From Vezdaea acicularis (Eukaryota): a stretch of 64,000 nt of DNA. The notes below the pieces were generated by a model that made no database searches, was not told the DNA's origin, and saw only the letters and a program-made list of their open reading frames with translations. The translations under genes and the position numbers were made by a program. Shown piece after piece: positions 1 through 10,737 of the stretch. The DNA lies in the NCBI GenBank assembly GCA_026025075.1, contig JAPEUI010000003.1, forward strand, positions 186,001 to 250,000. The letters run 5' to 3'. Numbering within the stretch: position 1 is the stretch's first letter; the number at the start of each line of letters is the position of its first letter.

Positions 1-723
1 GCATCTTAAATGTGAGATAAAGCGGGGAGGCCTTGGAATGTAGCACCATGAACCGACCTCAGAAGTAAGTGACATGGCCTGAAGGACTGACTCGGAGGTC
101 TATGGCGGTGAGGAGTATGTTGTGCAAAGAGAGAAGGAAACCTGCATCCTGAGATAAGCCCACCCGATATGAAGGCTTACTTAAGATCATCAGCCATTCA
201 GAGAGGCCTAATACAAAGTGAAGAAACGCAAAAGCCGTAAACAGCTTCTCAAGCAATGAAATTATTTTCTTGTAGACACCTCAAATGCTGCATACAAGGC
301 GTTGTCAATCTGATACCGAATCTCGGCTGGGCGGGTAGCCGTGTTATCCTTAGATACCTTGATGCGGCCCTCCGTCCGACACAGGCACATGGAACCAGGG
401 GTTGAGCATCTGATTTTATTTGAGGTGGTGTAACAACCAGGTTGAGTCTTAGCAGATAAGACTCCAAAGCAGCAAGCGCTGCCTTCTCATATGAACAGCG
501 CTAGCACGCACATAAAAGCTGCCACACGCCCACTAGCTTGAGTGTAGAACGAGTCCGCATATAGCCATGTTTAGAATCTTACCATCATTTGCCTGAGGAC
601 ATTCCAAATGTTTAAAGCATGGAAGGACAGCACGCTCGCACGCTCATGCCGTCATATAAAAGTCATCCTGTTCCGCAAAATAAGAATGCACCCAACCCTG
701 AAGCTAGCAGCAGAACAGTCGAT

Positions 724-2954
724 CTAATAGCTCCCTATAACAGGATCAGTATCTTGAATTTTAGCTTTTGGAGAGACGGGTTGCACACTTCCAAAGAGAC
801 ACCAGCTCTCGGCTCCCTTCTGACAACCGGGTACCATGCATTTCTTGCCTTCCGCGATTTTGGCTGGCTGCTCAAAAGGAATGCACAGACTTTTGGCACC
901 CATACTCGGGGCTCTCTCATCCTGTGGATTGTCATCTTCGCCTTCTTGCCTTCTCGCGCTAAGCTCTTTCACCTTGTCTTCGCAGTCTTCCGTCAGACAA
1001 TGCTCTATCAGACAGACATTCTTAGCGTTCAGTGCTGGCACAAAGTCCTTCCAGTTAGTGATTTGGATAACGTGGGATTTGAATACGTTGTCTGCTTTCG
1101 TATACATGTCCTTCTGAATAGTTTCAAGAAGTTTCGGAACGTCTTCCTCAAGATCTACGATCTGTATCTTGGTCTTTTCGCCTGTATCACGACGTGCTGT
1201 TGTGACAAAACCACCTTTGGCTTCACCTGGACCAAATTCAAGACGAAGGGGTACCCCTTTAAGCTCCCAGTTGTTAAATTTCCATGCGGGAGTATAATTA
1301 TCAGTGAGGTCTATTACAACGCGGACTCCTGCAGAAAGAAGCGTTTGCTCGATCTTGACAATGTGCGCGTAAAGCAGTTCCCGATCTGTATCTGCGGTCT
1401 TAGCATTGATGCCGACGGGGATGACAACAACCTGGTACTCTGCAACACGTGGAGGGTGCACGAGGCCTTGTTTATCGCCATGAATCATGATCATCACTCC
1501 AATAACGCGCGTGCTGAGACCCCAAGAGTTTTGCCAGACATTGATCGGGGGCTTCTTCACCTCTCCAGATTTTGTCGAGGGATCTTCAACCTTAATGTCG
1601 AACATCTTGCTGAAATGTTGGCCAAGGCAATGGCTTGTAGCTCCTTGGATGCCTCGACCTGTATGAGGGATATAACCTTCAACTGTAGTGGTGTAGAGTC
1701 CGCCAGGGAACTTCTCTTTCTCCGTTTTGCGACCACGGATGACGGGAACTGCTAAGAGTTGTTCATATACGCCTGCGTAGTATTCGAGGACTTGCAAGAC
1801 CTCTTTGTCTGTTTCAGCTTTGGTCAAGAATGCCGTATGACCTTCCTGCCACAAAAACTCCCGAGTTCGAAGGAAGGGCATAGGGTGTTTGAACTCCCAT
1901 CTAACTACGCTGCACCATTGGTTAAGTCGATAAGGAAGGTCCCTGTGAGAACGAATCTTCTTGGAAAAGTGCGGATATATAATTGTTTCCGAGGTTGGTC
2001 TGATGGCTATTGGTTCGTCGAGATCAGTATTGCCAGCCTTTGTAACCCAAGCAACCTCAGGGGCAAACCCTTCGATATGATCTTTCTCTAGCTGAAGAGC
2101 TTTGTTTGATACAAACATTGGAAAATAACAGTTCTTCACACCTATCATTTTAATGTTGCTATTCAAATAGTCTTGGATCTTTTCCCAGATGCTATAAGAT
2201 GCGGGGAGATAGACGTAACATCCACTAACGTCGTAATAATCGATCATCTCGCCCTTGGTTAGGACTTGTTGATACCACCCCGGGAAATCGATGTCTTTGT
2301 CAACGTCTATCCCTATCAGGGCTGCTCCTTCTATTTTTGCGTCCTTTTTGGGGCCTTTGATGGCTGTTTTGGTGGCCTGCGGTGCCGTAACAGGAGCAGC
2401 AGCTGCGTCGACCTTAAAATCATGTTGAACAACTTTCACCCCTGTTTTCTCTAGATGGCTTTCTATATCTGCTGCCGTCATGAAGATAGTCTTAGCCGAG
2501 TCCGAGGGGTGAATTGCTATTGGGTTCTTCTCGTTTATAAGGTTCTGGTCTAAGACTACCTGGATATTCGAGGCATTGACACTGGTAATTGAGAGAGGAG
2601 ATACATCTTGTGGTTTGACACCGAGCGCAGTCTCAATTGCATCTGCGGCAGCTGCTCGGGCCTCCTTAGCTCCAATGGCTTTTGCGCATAAATTTGCTGG
2701 TGTTTGTGTAGATTCAAGGGCCACTACAACTATCAGGATTGCAGTTTGTGATTTTGGGGTTTCTAAAAGATTAATTCGTATCAGCGGTGCGGGGTAGACA
2801 ATTGGTGGGGTATGAACTGACTTGGTTTTAGAACCAACGTTTTTGATAGTACACTTGAAGTAGGAACTTCTTTTGGCATCTCTGCCAGTACCTTGGACCA
2901 TTCCTTGTTATCTGCGACGGCAGCGTGGGCAATAGCCCCGTTGCCAGCGGACAT
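724..2954 (-). CDS. Cytoplasmic prolyl-tRNA synthetase with an N-terminal YbaK-like (editing-type) domain
   Basis: Class IIa ProRS motifs (IAIRPTSET, RWEFKHPMPFLRTREFLWQEGHT, QGATSHCLGQHFS, WQNSWGLSTR) and C-terminus ...CLFG|RSY*. ATG at 2954, intron 2821-2763 (GTCAGT...TTTAG) and a short last intron before the final codons. Confidence 0.95.
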
Positions 2955-3102
2955 TGTAACCAGATCTGGGATGGCAAGTAAGCACTATTTCTGTAGAAAT
3001 TACCTCAATTGAACGTAGGAGGCTGAAGCATACAGCAGGTCTTCGATCTATCTGACTCGAATTTCCAAGTTTAGCGGCGCAGGGTCATGTTCTGGCTAAG
3101 TC

Positions 3103-3109
3103 TGAGTCA
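3103..3109. promoter_or_regulatory. Gcn4/CpcA-type TGA(C/G)TCA element upstream of ProRS
   Basis: Perfect TGAGTCA about 150 bp upstream of the ProRS ATG, with a second TGACTC at 3053. Aminoacyl-tRNA synthetases are established cross-pathway-control targets. Confidence 0.5.
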
Positions 3110-3400
3110 AAATGCACCCTTTGAGTGTGAAGCTGGTAATGTCCGCTAAGGCAAACCGGTTGACCAATCAGAACTGCCGAGATTTCGCAAGCTCTCGGGA
3201 TGATCTCTGCAACGTCACTGAGACCCTCTTTTTCACTTCTACCTATCCACCAACAAAGTCTTTAAGACCCGCAAAGAAACCCCCCTCGACGTGTACTGCT
3301 GAAAGAGCAATCTCAACTCTTCAGCCTCGCTCTCGACTGACCCAGAAATCCGCCTGGCTCAGTCATATCGATCCCTTTAAAGTTCTCCCTACGCGATTTT

Positions 3401-6400
3401 ATGCAATCCGGACCGCACGAAATCTATCAAGACAACTCACCAACAGAAGCCTCCCAAGAAAACTCCTTACCACTTAACCATGGATTCCTTCATCATGAGC
3501 AACAACACCCGCCAACCTCTTCTCTCGAGGGCCGGGATGACTCAGAATCGCTTCGCAGCAGAGCTGGTATCTTGGACTCTTCGTCCAGGGCGTCGGAACT
3601 TCCTACAGAACAATCGATGCCCAGGATGAGCCGGGACGAACTGCTATTAGAAAATGAAGAAACTTCTAGTAACGAACCGAAAGTAGTGGCTAATCAAGAA
3701 TTGTCACTTGTCACGCAGACTGCGCTTGCCAGCACCAGCATCTCCCCTATTTTAGCGATTCCTAATGGTCAGTTCTGTTTCTTCATATGTCTGGCTAGAA
3801 GGGTTTGCTAACATCAATATCCTTCAGAGATCCTGATTCACATACTATCTCATCTTCCGGCACAATCACTATCAATAGTCGCACTCGTTTCTCGAAGGTT
3901 TCATAGTCTCGTCACGACTCCGCATGCCTGGAGGCTTGCGTTTTCCCGATTCTTCCCTGGAGCAGATGTATTGGTTCCATATGGAGGGACGAAAGGGAAG
4001 CTACCCAAAATCAGCGGGGAATCCGGAGACGACATAATTAATTCTGCGCGCCGGGCATTTACGCGACTTACTGCCTTAGCATCATGGAGAAGCGAATATA
4101 TTCTAAGGACTCGGCTCCTAGGATCACTGGCTCGTGGAAAACCAGGTAACCATATTGGCACTAATTCATTTCGACATGCTTCCGGACAATCGTCAAATGC
4201 GACTGTTACGTATAATTCGTCACTCCTAAGCACTATCAGCCACCTACACGCAAATTTCGGAGATGGCCTAAAGAGAAAAGCACTTCAGTTCATTCATGGA
4301 TCTGATCATGTGGGTAAAGCCTCCATTAGTGATCCAACTATCGGTAAGATTGATAATTGGGGCTCTTCGGATCCTCAGGCATTCTTTCATTTCTCCGATC
4401 GCTTTCCTAACGTTGCTGAATGGGGTCTGCACCCTGGCAATGTCATCGGCGTGCCGAACTCGATGGATGTGAGCCAGCCGTATGGTATGGTCTATGCCGA
4501 GGGCTCACCAGGAGGAATGGTTTATTACAGATCCACGGAAGAGAAACGGGGCCGTTTCTTGGCGGCCTCGAGCGGCCTCTCTGATGTAACAGCGGGGATA
4601 CCGAGGATTCAAGCCCCCAACGAGAGTATATGCGCTATATGGATTGCCAAATCTTCAGCGATCCCTGTTCAGACAGGAGGTCTCATCGGAATTCTCTCAG
4701 GCTCTTCCTCAGGGATTCTTACCAGCTATACTTTAGGTACCGATGGTTCTCGCGATCAGCGTTTCCCGAGGGGTGAGATGACGGCTCGCTGGGCTCTAAG
4801 TCCTGGGGTTCCCATCATAGCTATCGTGGCAGACGACTTGTTCAGTTCAAAGCGTCGAACGCGCGGACGAATCTGGGTTGTTGTACTCAATGCGTTGGGC
4901 GAAGTCTTTTGCCTTACCAATGTTCCTGAGCGAGCTAAGTCTGATCGTGCTGCAGCTTTGGATCAGCGAGAATTGGAACGAATTGCATGGGACACCGGGA
5001 GGACTGTTACATGGAACTTGGTTGAGCCTACACGACGTATCGCAAAGCCTGACCCGTATCATGAAGCAACCATCGATGGAAGCTACTCGCCCAGGTCATC
5101 ATCTAACACCACTGGTCTTAGCACGGAACAGATCATTGCAGAAACGGACGAGATAGAAGCCTTCCTCTCGAAACGACCGAGGCACTTCCAGGCTGTGTGT
5201 CAAGCGTGGGACATGAGACGGAAAATTGAAGTTGACTTCGCTGCAGGCGATGTCACTGACCCAGAAGAATCCTTTGTACTGATTTCAGCTGGCCACGACA
5301 AGAATAATCCACCAGATGTCAAGAGATTCACTAGAACTCGATTCGAACAGATGAATGCTCCAGATCTCAGTAGTTCTCAAGCCAATCTCTCAACGCTAAC
5401 ATCTCAGCCGTCAATTTTTGGCGGAAAGGCGACCCATATGACAATGACTATCAATGAACAAAGTATGCCCTCAAAGCCGGAGCCGTCAACAATTGGGAGC
5501 AGACAGGTCAGCCTCCACCTCCAAGAGGTATGGACAGCTTCAGATTTCAGCATTAAGCCATACAAGAATATCAAGCTTACGGCCATCGCCCTCGATATGT
5601 CAACGTACGCGTTGATGTCTCTCCCGGGTGATCCGCTACTGAAAATGAACGGGATTTCAGCAGCATCATCACCAATTGCTAGCCCTTCACCGCAAGCTGC
5701 TGACCATACACTCCCAACTGACATCCCCGGACAATGTGCACGGTACATTGCCATCGGAACGAACACTGGAGTCGTCTTTGTATGGAATATACGAGCTCCT
5801 CGTACTTCAGGGCTTGATATTGTCGACACAATTACTCCACTTCGAGTGATTCATACAGAGTCACCCTGCATTAGTTGTCTCGCAATATCTGCGCTGTACC
5901 TTGTCCATGGTGGTAGTGACGGTCTTGTCCAAGCTTGGGACCCGCTGGCATCTACTCAACAACCGCTACGTACTCTACACAGCCGTTTCTCCGGCCGCGC
6001 ACGCCGCAGATTGATTCAAGCCCAAGGATCCGCTCAGGGTATTGGTGTCAATATGTTTGGTGCTGGTGTTATTGCCCTCGATCCTGACCCAACAAAGTTA
6101 AGAGGAGTTGTCTCTCTTGGCACACAGCTACGATTCTGGTCTTACAGCTCGGTAACGGCAGATCAATATACTAGTCGCAAGCGCAAGCTTCGACGTAGTC
6201 CCCGAAGCAGTAATGGTAATGCTAGCCGCTTCACTACTTCTAGTAGAGCTGCATTGAAAGACTATATTGCCAATGAACAGTCTGAGCTTCGTAGTGAACA
6301 GAAGAAAAAGAAGCAAGAAGAGGCTCGCCTGCATGGGCGCTTCGGTGTTGGGTTGCTCGGAGACCAAGCTAGCGAAGAAGATGTTCTAGCCTATGCTCTT

Positions 6401-6844
6401 CTACTTAGTGAAGAGACTTTTAACGAGCACGAAGAGCGTCGAAGGAGCGGAAGTGACGGTAGTGATACTGTCACGCCTGAACCAAGCGTGGTTGGTAGCT
6501 CATCTTCATCAATCCCGGAAGGTCCTGAGCTTGATGACGAAGGTGTTGCTGAAGCTCTCCGCCTCTCATTGCAAGAATCCAACGCTTCTTTGCCACTAGC
6601 CTCGACCAGTTACGACGTTCCGATCAGATATGTCAAGCCGAAACGGCAGTCTTCTCGCTCTCCGCCAAGGGCAGCTGCCGTAAAGAGTGATGTTGATCCG
6701 ATTGAGACCGATCTTGACTTCGCACTTCGATTAAGTCTAGCTGAAGAGAGAAGTCGAGTTGAGGCTGGTGGAGAGACAGAAGATTATCCAGCGCTCTCTG
6801 CAGGTAGTCTTGAGGGTAAGGGAAAGACCAAAAGCTTCGAGTAG
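3401..6844 (+). CDS. F-box / WD40-like protein with C-terminal UIM repeats (Pof10/Ufo1-like)
   Basis: F-box ILAIPN|EILIHILSHLP...VALVSRRFHSLV spans intron 3768-3827. WD-like segments (IAIGTNTGVVFVWNI, LVHGGSDGLVQAWD). Three UIM-like helices (EEDVLAYALLLSEE, EGVAEALRLSLQE, ETDLDFALRLSLAEE). Confidence 0.85.
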
Positions 6845-7066
6845 GTTCGCAAGCTTCGATGTTCTTCCACAATTCTTCTTCTCATGGCCTTCAAATGGCT
6901 TTAATAATTAGTTGCATGCATTTCTTCCTGTTTCCTATCGCCTCTAAATCTAACTTTCTCAAATGGTCTGTTTAGGCCTTTAATCAAACACTTCCTCTCA
7001 GAACAAAGACGTAGTTGATCAACTCGCAGAACTAATAACATGAAGTGAACATCATCTAATTTACCC

Positions 7067-8261
7067 CTATGCAGCATGTCTGACAACCACTTCACCGCTC
7101 TCCATCCCAAAATATGCCGCAACAGGCTTCTGCCCACCGCCCTCGTCACCCGCCGCAGCGACCTCTTCCCCATTCTGTCCCCAGAATAGACCTATCTCTA
7201 CCACACCCACCATGCTCTTCAGCTTTTGCGCCAGCGCACCAACTTCCCACTTGCCATCACTACCATTTCCCTTCTCTTTACCTGCCTCCAAATCGGAAGC
7301 TATCAGCAAGGCCGGGAAAGGAGCGTCAACGATGAAGTTCCCATTATCCGTGACGATGGGCCCTGCTTTCGCGCTGCCCCCTAACCGTAGGAACGGCATT
7401 GATGACCCCAATGTTCGTAAGTTACGCAATACAGTTGGGGCACTTGGGGGGACTATCTCGATAGGAATCGTCGGCCACTTTGTAAGTAGCCGGGGTTGAT
7501 ATTTCCTGAAATCTGCGCACCGTCCACACATCAACATCACTTCTGCTACCACCATAGATCCCATGATTCGAGTAGGGCAACGTACCAGCAACGCACACAA
7601 ACTTCCTCGCGCTCGTCGCAACCAGCTTCTCCTGGAAGAGACACGCCCCACCCCCCTTAATACAGTTTAGATCCTCATCCACTTCATCCGCCCCATCAAA
7701 CGCCACATCCAGCATGACCCTCTCCCCTTTAAGTCCCAATCCCTGCTTCCCCGTCGCCACCTCCAAATGATCTTCACCCTCTTTCCTGCCCAGCTCGCCA
7801 TGCGGGACCAGACTATCGATCGCGCCAAGCGGCAGCCCCGCCTCGACGATCAGCTCGCGCGACTGGAACCCTGTGGGCACGAAGACGATCTTAGAGGTCA
7901 CGGCGGGCCCGAAGGCAGCGATTGCCTGCACGACATAGACCACGGTACTGCCGGACCCGATGCCGACATAGGTGTAGTGTGGGGAGAAGTGGTCGGCGAC
8001 GGCCCGCTGGGCGGCGAGCTGCTTGGCGGCTTCAATGGGGGAGAGCTTTTTGGAGGGGAGCGGGATTTGGGGGTGGACTGTTGTGGTCATCGTGCGCGCT
8101 TCTGAGGCATATGAAGATCGCGGTAAGACGCTATATGTGTTTTGAAGTGGTAGAAGTGAAGTTCTGTATGAAGGACTGGCTGGGGTGGCGCGACTGAGGC
8201 TATTGTAGTGTCGTAAGTGGTGTGCAGCACGGACGAGACGGGCACGTGGAAAAGAGCGCAT
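7067..8261 (-). CDS. RKI1: Ribose-5-phosphate isomerase A
   Basis: Motifs [25 protein letters not shown] and [10 protein letters not shown]. Intron 7585-7513 joins CVA|DFRK. Alternative start ATG at 8090. Confidence 0.95.
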
Positions 8262-8588
8262 ACAAAGCCAGGTTCGCTGCGAAACTAGTCGATTGAAGAC
8301 GAGGGATGCTTGATCAAGTAAATATAGGCGTTCGGGCGGCGGATATGTTCGGAGGCATCCTCCCGGCGGTAGGGGACGGATCTCGTTGAGGGTCTGGCGG
8401 GTGATGACGGGGGTGGTGGGGCGCTGGGATGACGGAGGAGCGCAGAAATCTTATCTGATCTGATCTCGGTTCCTGGCAGGTTCATCCTTGCCATGCACAA
8501 CACCTCTCCAAGCTTCATCAGACGTTTGAAAGCTGCATAAGATCTCATTCAAAATCGACTTATAGCTCCGGAGATTATTCCTTCAGCC

Positions 8589-9331
8589 ATGGCAGAAGAT
8601 GAAGGTCTCGATGCCCTCGAGGCTCTCGAATCCGAAGCCAAAGAGTTTGACAAAGTACATTCCTCTCGCCCCTCTACTGTAGAGAAAGATACTAAAAGCT
8701 GTGGCAGGACGCAGAAATCGATCGCATCCTCAAAGCCTTCCGCCTAGACGCCTACGCCGTCCTCGATCTCCAACCCGGCGTGCCCCCCTCCGACATCAAA
8801 AACACCTATCGACGCAAATCGCTGCTAATCCATCCGGACAAGACGAGAAACCCCAGCGCGCCGGACGCCTTCGACCGCCTCAAGAAAGCCGTAACGGAGC
8901 TGCAGGACGAAGCGATGCGCGCACGTCTCGACGAATCGATTGCTGATGCGCGCATGCTGCTGATGCGGGAGCGGAAGCTGACGGTCGATAGCGAGGAGGT
9001 GAAGAGCGACGAGTTCCGGCGCGCGTGGCGGGAGAAGACGAAGGTCGTGCTGGTCGACAACGAGGCCAGGCGGCGCAGGCAGGTGAAGGCGCAGATGCAG
9101 GAGGAGGGAAGGGAAAAGCGGAAGGAGGAGGAAGAGCTGGATACGCGGAAGCGGAAACGGGAGCAGGAGCAGAGGTGGGAGGAGAGCAGAGAAGAGCGCA
9201 TCAGCAGCTGGAGGGACTTTGCGGGGAAGGCGAAGGTGAAGGAGGCGCCGACAAATGGGGAAGCAGTGGGGAAGCTGGCTGGGGCGGGAGAGAAGAAAAA
9301 GAAGAAGAAGAAGCTGAAGGTTTTGGGATGA
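8589..9331 (+). CDS. J-domain protein, DNAJC8/Spf31-like
   Basis: MAEDEGLDALEALESEAKEFDK|DAEIDRILKAFRLDAYAVLDL...YRRKSLLIHPDK, plus WEESREERISSWRDF and a KKKKLKVLG end. One intron at about 8655-8707. Confidence 0.9.
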
Positions 9332-9737
9332 GAGTCTCGCATTGATGGAGCTTCTGAGGATTTACGGTATGGGCATTGGGCCTCAACAGCGTCAATTTGG
9401 ACGGCGTTTTTTAGAGCTTTCCAAGGTAGAAACTTCCTTATTCCCCGGAGTCATCCAAGCTCGAGCATGGAACTGGAAGAACGTGCATCAGTACCTTCAA
9501 CGCAGTAAGTCACCGCGACGTGCGTCGCACTCGTTTCTCTTCATCTTCTATGTGCGCGAAACAGGATTTCCAAGCATGAGAAATCCCATCTGTTATCTAT
9601 CTGCGCTGTCTGCATCCTCAAAGATGCAGACAGTTCGACATGCTTTGCATGTCAGACGTCAAAAAATCCACCGAAGAGGGCGAAGAGAGGGGGGCGTCGT
9701 TGCGGTCTATATAATTTTGTCTAGACCGACACCTTTC

Positions 9738-9984
9738 AGTTTTCAGGCACCGTGGTCCTAGTGGGTAAGGGGGACAGCAGACTGGGATCACAGTGTAGCT
9801 ACCGTGACTGGGTAGGGTCGAGGATACGTGTGGGCACAGCGTGGTGCGTTAGCACAATGTTCAAGACAGCTCAAGTCACGGTACGTCACTGCGGCTTTCG
9901 AGCTTAGGTGAACTGCAGCCCACTACGGGGCTGTGAGTAACCTTGATTTCCTAGCTGGCCAACCTGAAAGCTACTTTCTTTTTT
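9738..9984 (+). ncRNA. Putative RNA polymerase III-transcribed structured ncRNA of unknown family (~235 nt)
   Basis: TATATAA at 9708-9714 (-30), A-box-like TGGTCCTAGTGG at 9753, B-box-like GTTCAAGAC at 9859 and GGTTCGAGTC at 10145. A 10-bp terminal helix 9738-9747/9963-9972 is followed immediately by TTTCTTTTTT. Several nested helices and a UUCG hairpin are present. Confidence 0.6.
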
Positions 9985-10350
9985 GGGTGTTAGCTGGTTG
10001 GGTCGATCTATCGCTGTCTTTTTGTTGCTGTCGAGACCGAAGAGGTACCTGCTGGGTGCACACAGGTACATGGGCAGAATGTGTTCAACCTATCGTGAGG
10101 ACGAAGCTCAATGCGGAAATTCATGGGCTCGGCACAGAGGTCGAGGTTCGAGTCGTGTTCCGGGCCATATTTAACTTGAGCGAACTTCTTGCACTGACAA
10201 ATCCAAGCTATCATAATTATTTGCTAGTACGGCTCTGACACAAGGAGACCTTTTCTGAGAACTCGCTCGCAGGGCTAAGACTCCTCAAGCTCCATTCGAC
10301 CCACCCGTTATACGCTCGCTCATGGCCAAACGCTCTAAAATCACCAGCCA

Positions 10351-10737
10351 TTATTTACTATAGCTCTTCCCGTTCGGCGCCGTATAGGTGCTTGAGCCTT
10401 TCCCACTGTTGGAGTAGGTGCTCCCATCGGAGTTTGAATAGTAGTAGGAGCCATTACTTAACAGTCACTCGTGGTCAGTTTAGATGTTTTTTTAGGGGTT
10501 CTAGTTCGCTATATGAACGGAATGGCGTACCTGTTGGAATAGTGGTAAGCCGGCTGCCCCGAGCCATAGTCGCGGCTGCAATAGTGGTTGCCCTGTTGCT
10601 CTTATTAGTTCTACTGTAGTTAAAATGGTACGCTAAGAGCGCACCTGTGAGTTTGTGCCTGAGCCTGTCACAGTATAGGAGGAGCCATTGCCGGAGCTCT
10701 TGGAGCCCGAGTTAGAGCTGGAATTGTTGGAGCTCAT
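10351..10737 (-). CDS. Small (86 aa) Ser/Gly/Asn/Tyr-rich conserved fungal protein of unknown function
   Basis: Exons 10737-10645, 10592-10531 and 10456-10351 splice in frame through GT..AG introns, giving MSSNNSSSNSG...YTVTGSGTNSQ|GNHYCSRDYGSGQPAYHYSNS|NGSYYYSNSDGSTYSNSGKGSSTYTAPNGKSYSK*. Confidence 0.85.

Noticed and set aside
619..1755. 378-aa plus-strand ORF
   Set aside because: It is the antisense shadow of ProRS with no recognisable protein features. The same applies to the other antisense ORFs over Lon, GUA1, the SH3 gene and MRPS5.
9763..9956. RNase P/MRP identity (GGGTAAGG, ACGGGGCT and AACCTTGATTTCC resemble CR-I/CR-V fragments)
   Set aside because: There is no room for P2/P3 before the CR-I-like motif and no proper P4 pairing. 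This cannot be fully excluded without an Infernal search.
9746..10166. tRNA-Ser/Leu-like 5' half (GGCACCGTGGTCCTAGTGGGTAAGG) plus a distant GGTTCGAGTC, read as a split or intron-containing tRNA
   Set aside because: The T-stem does not pair, the acceptor stem is incomplete, there is no anticodon arm, and a T6 terminator lies between the halves. These are better read as A/B-box promoter motifs.
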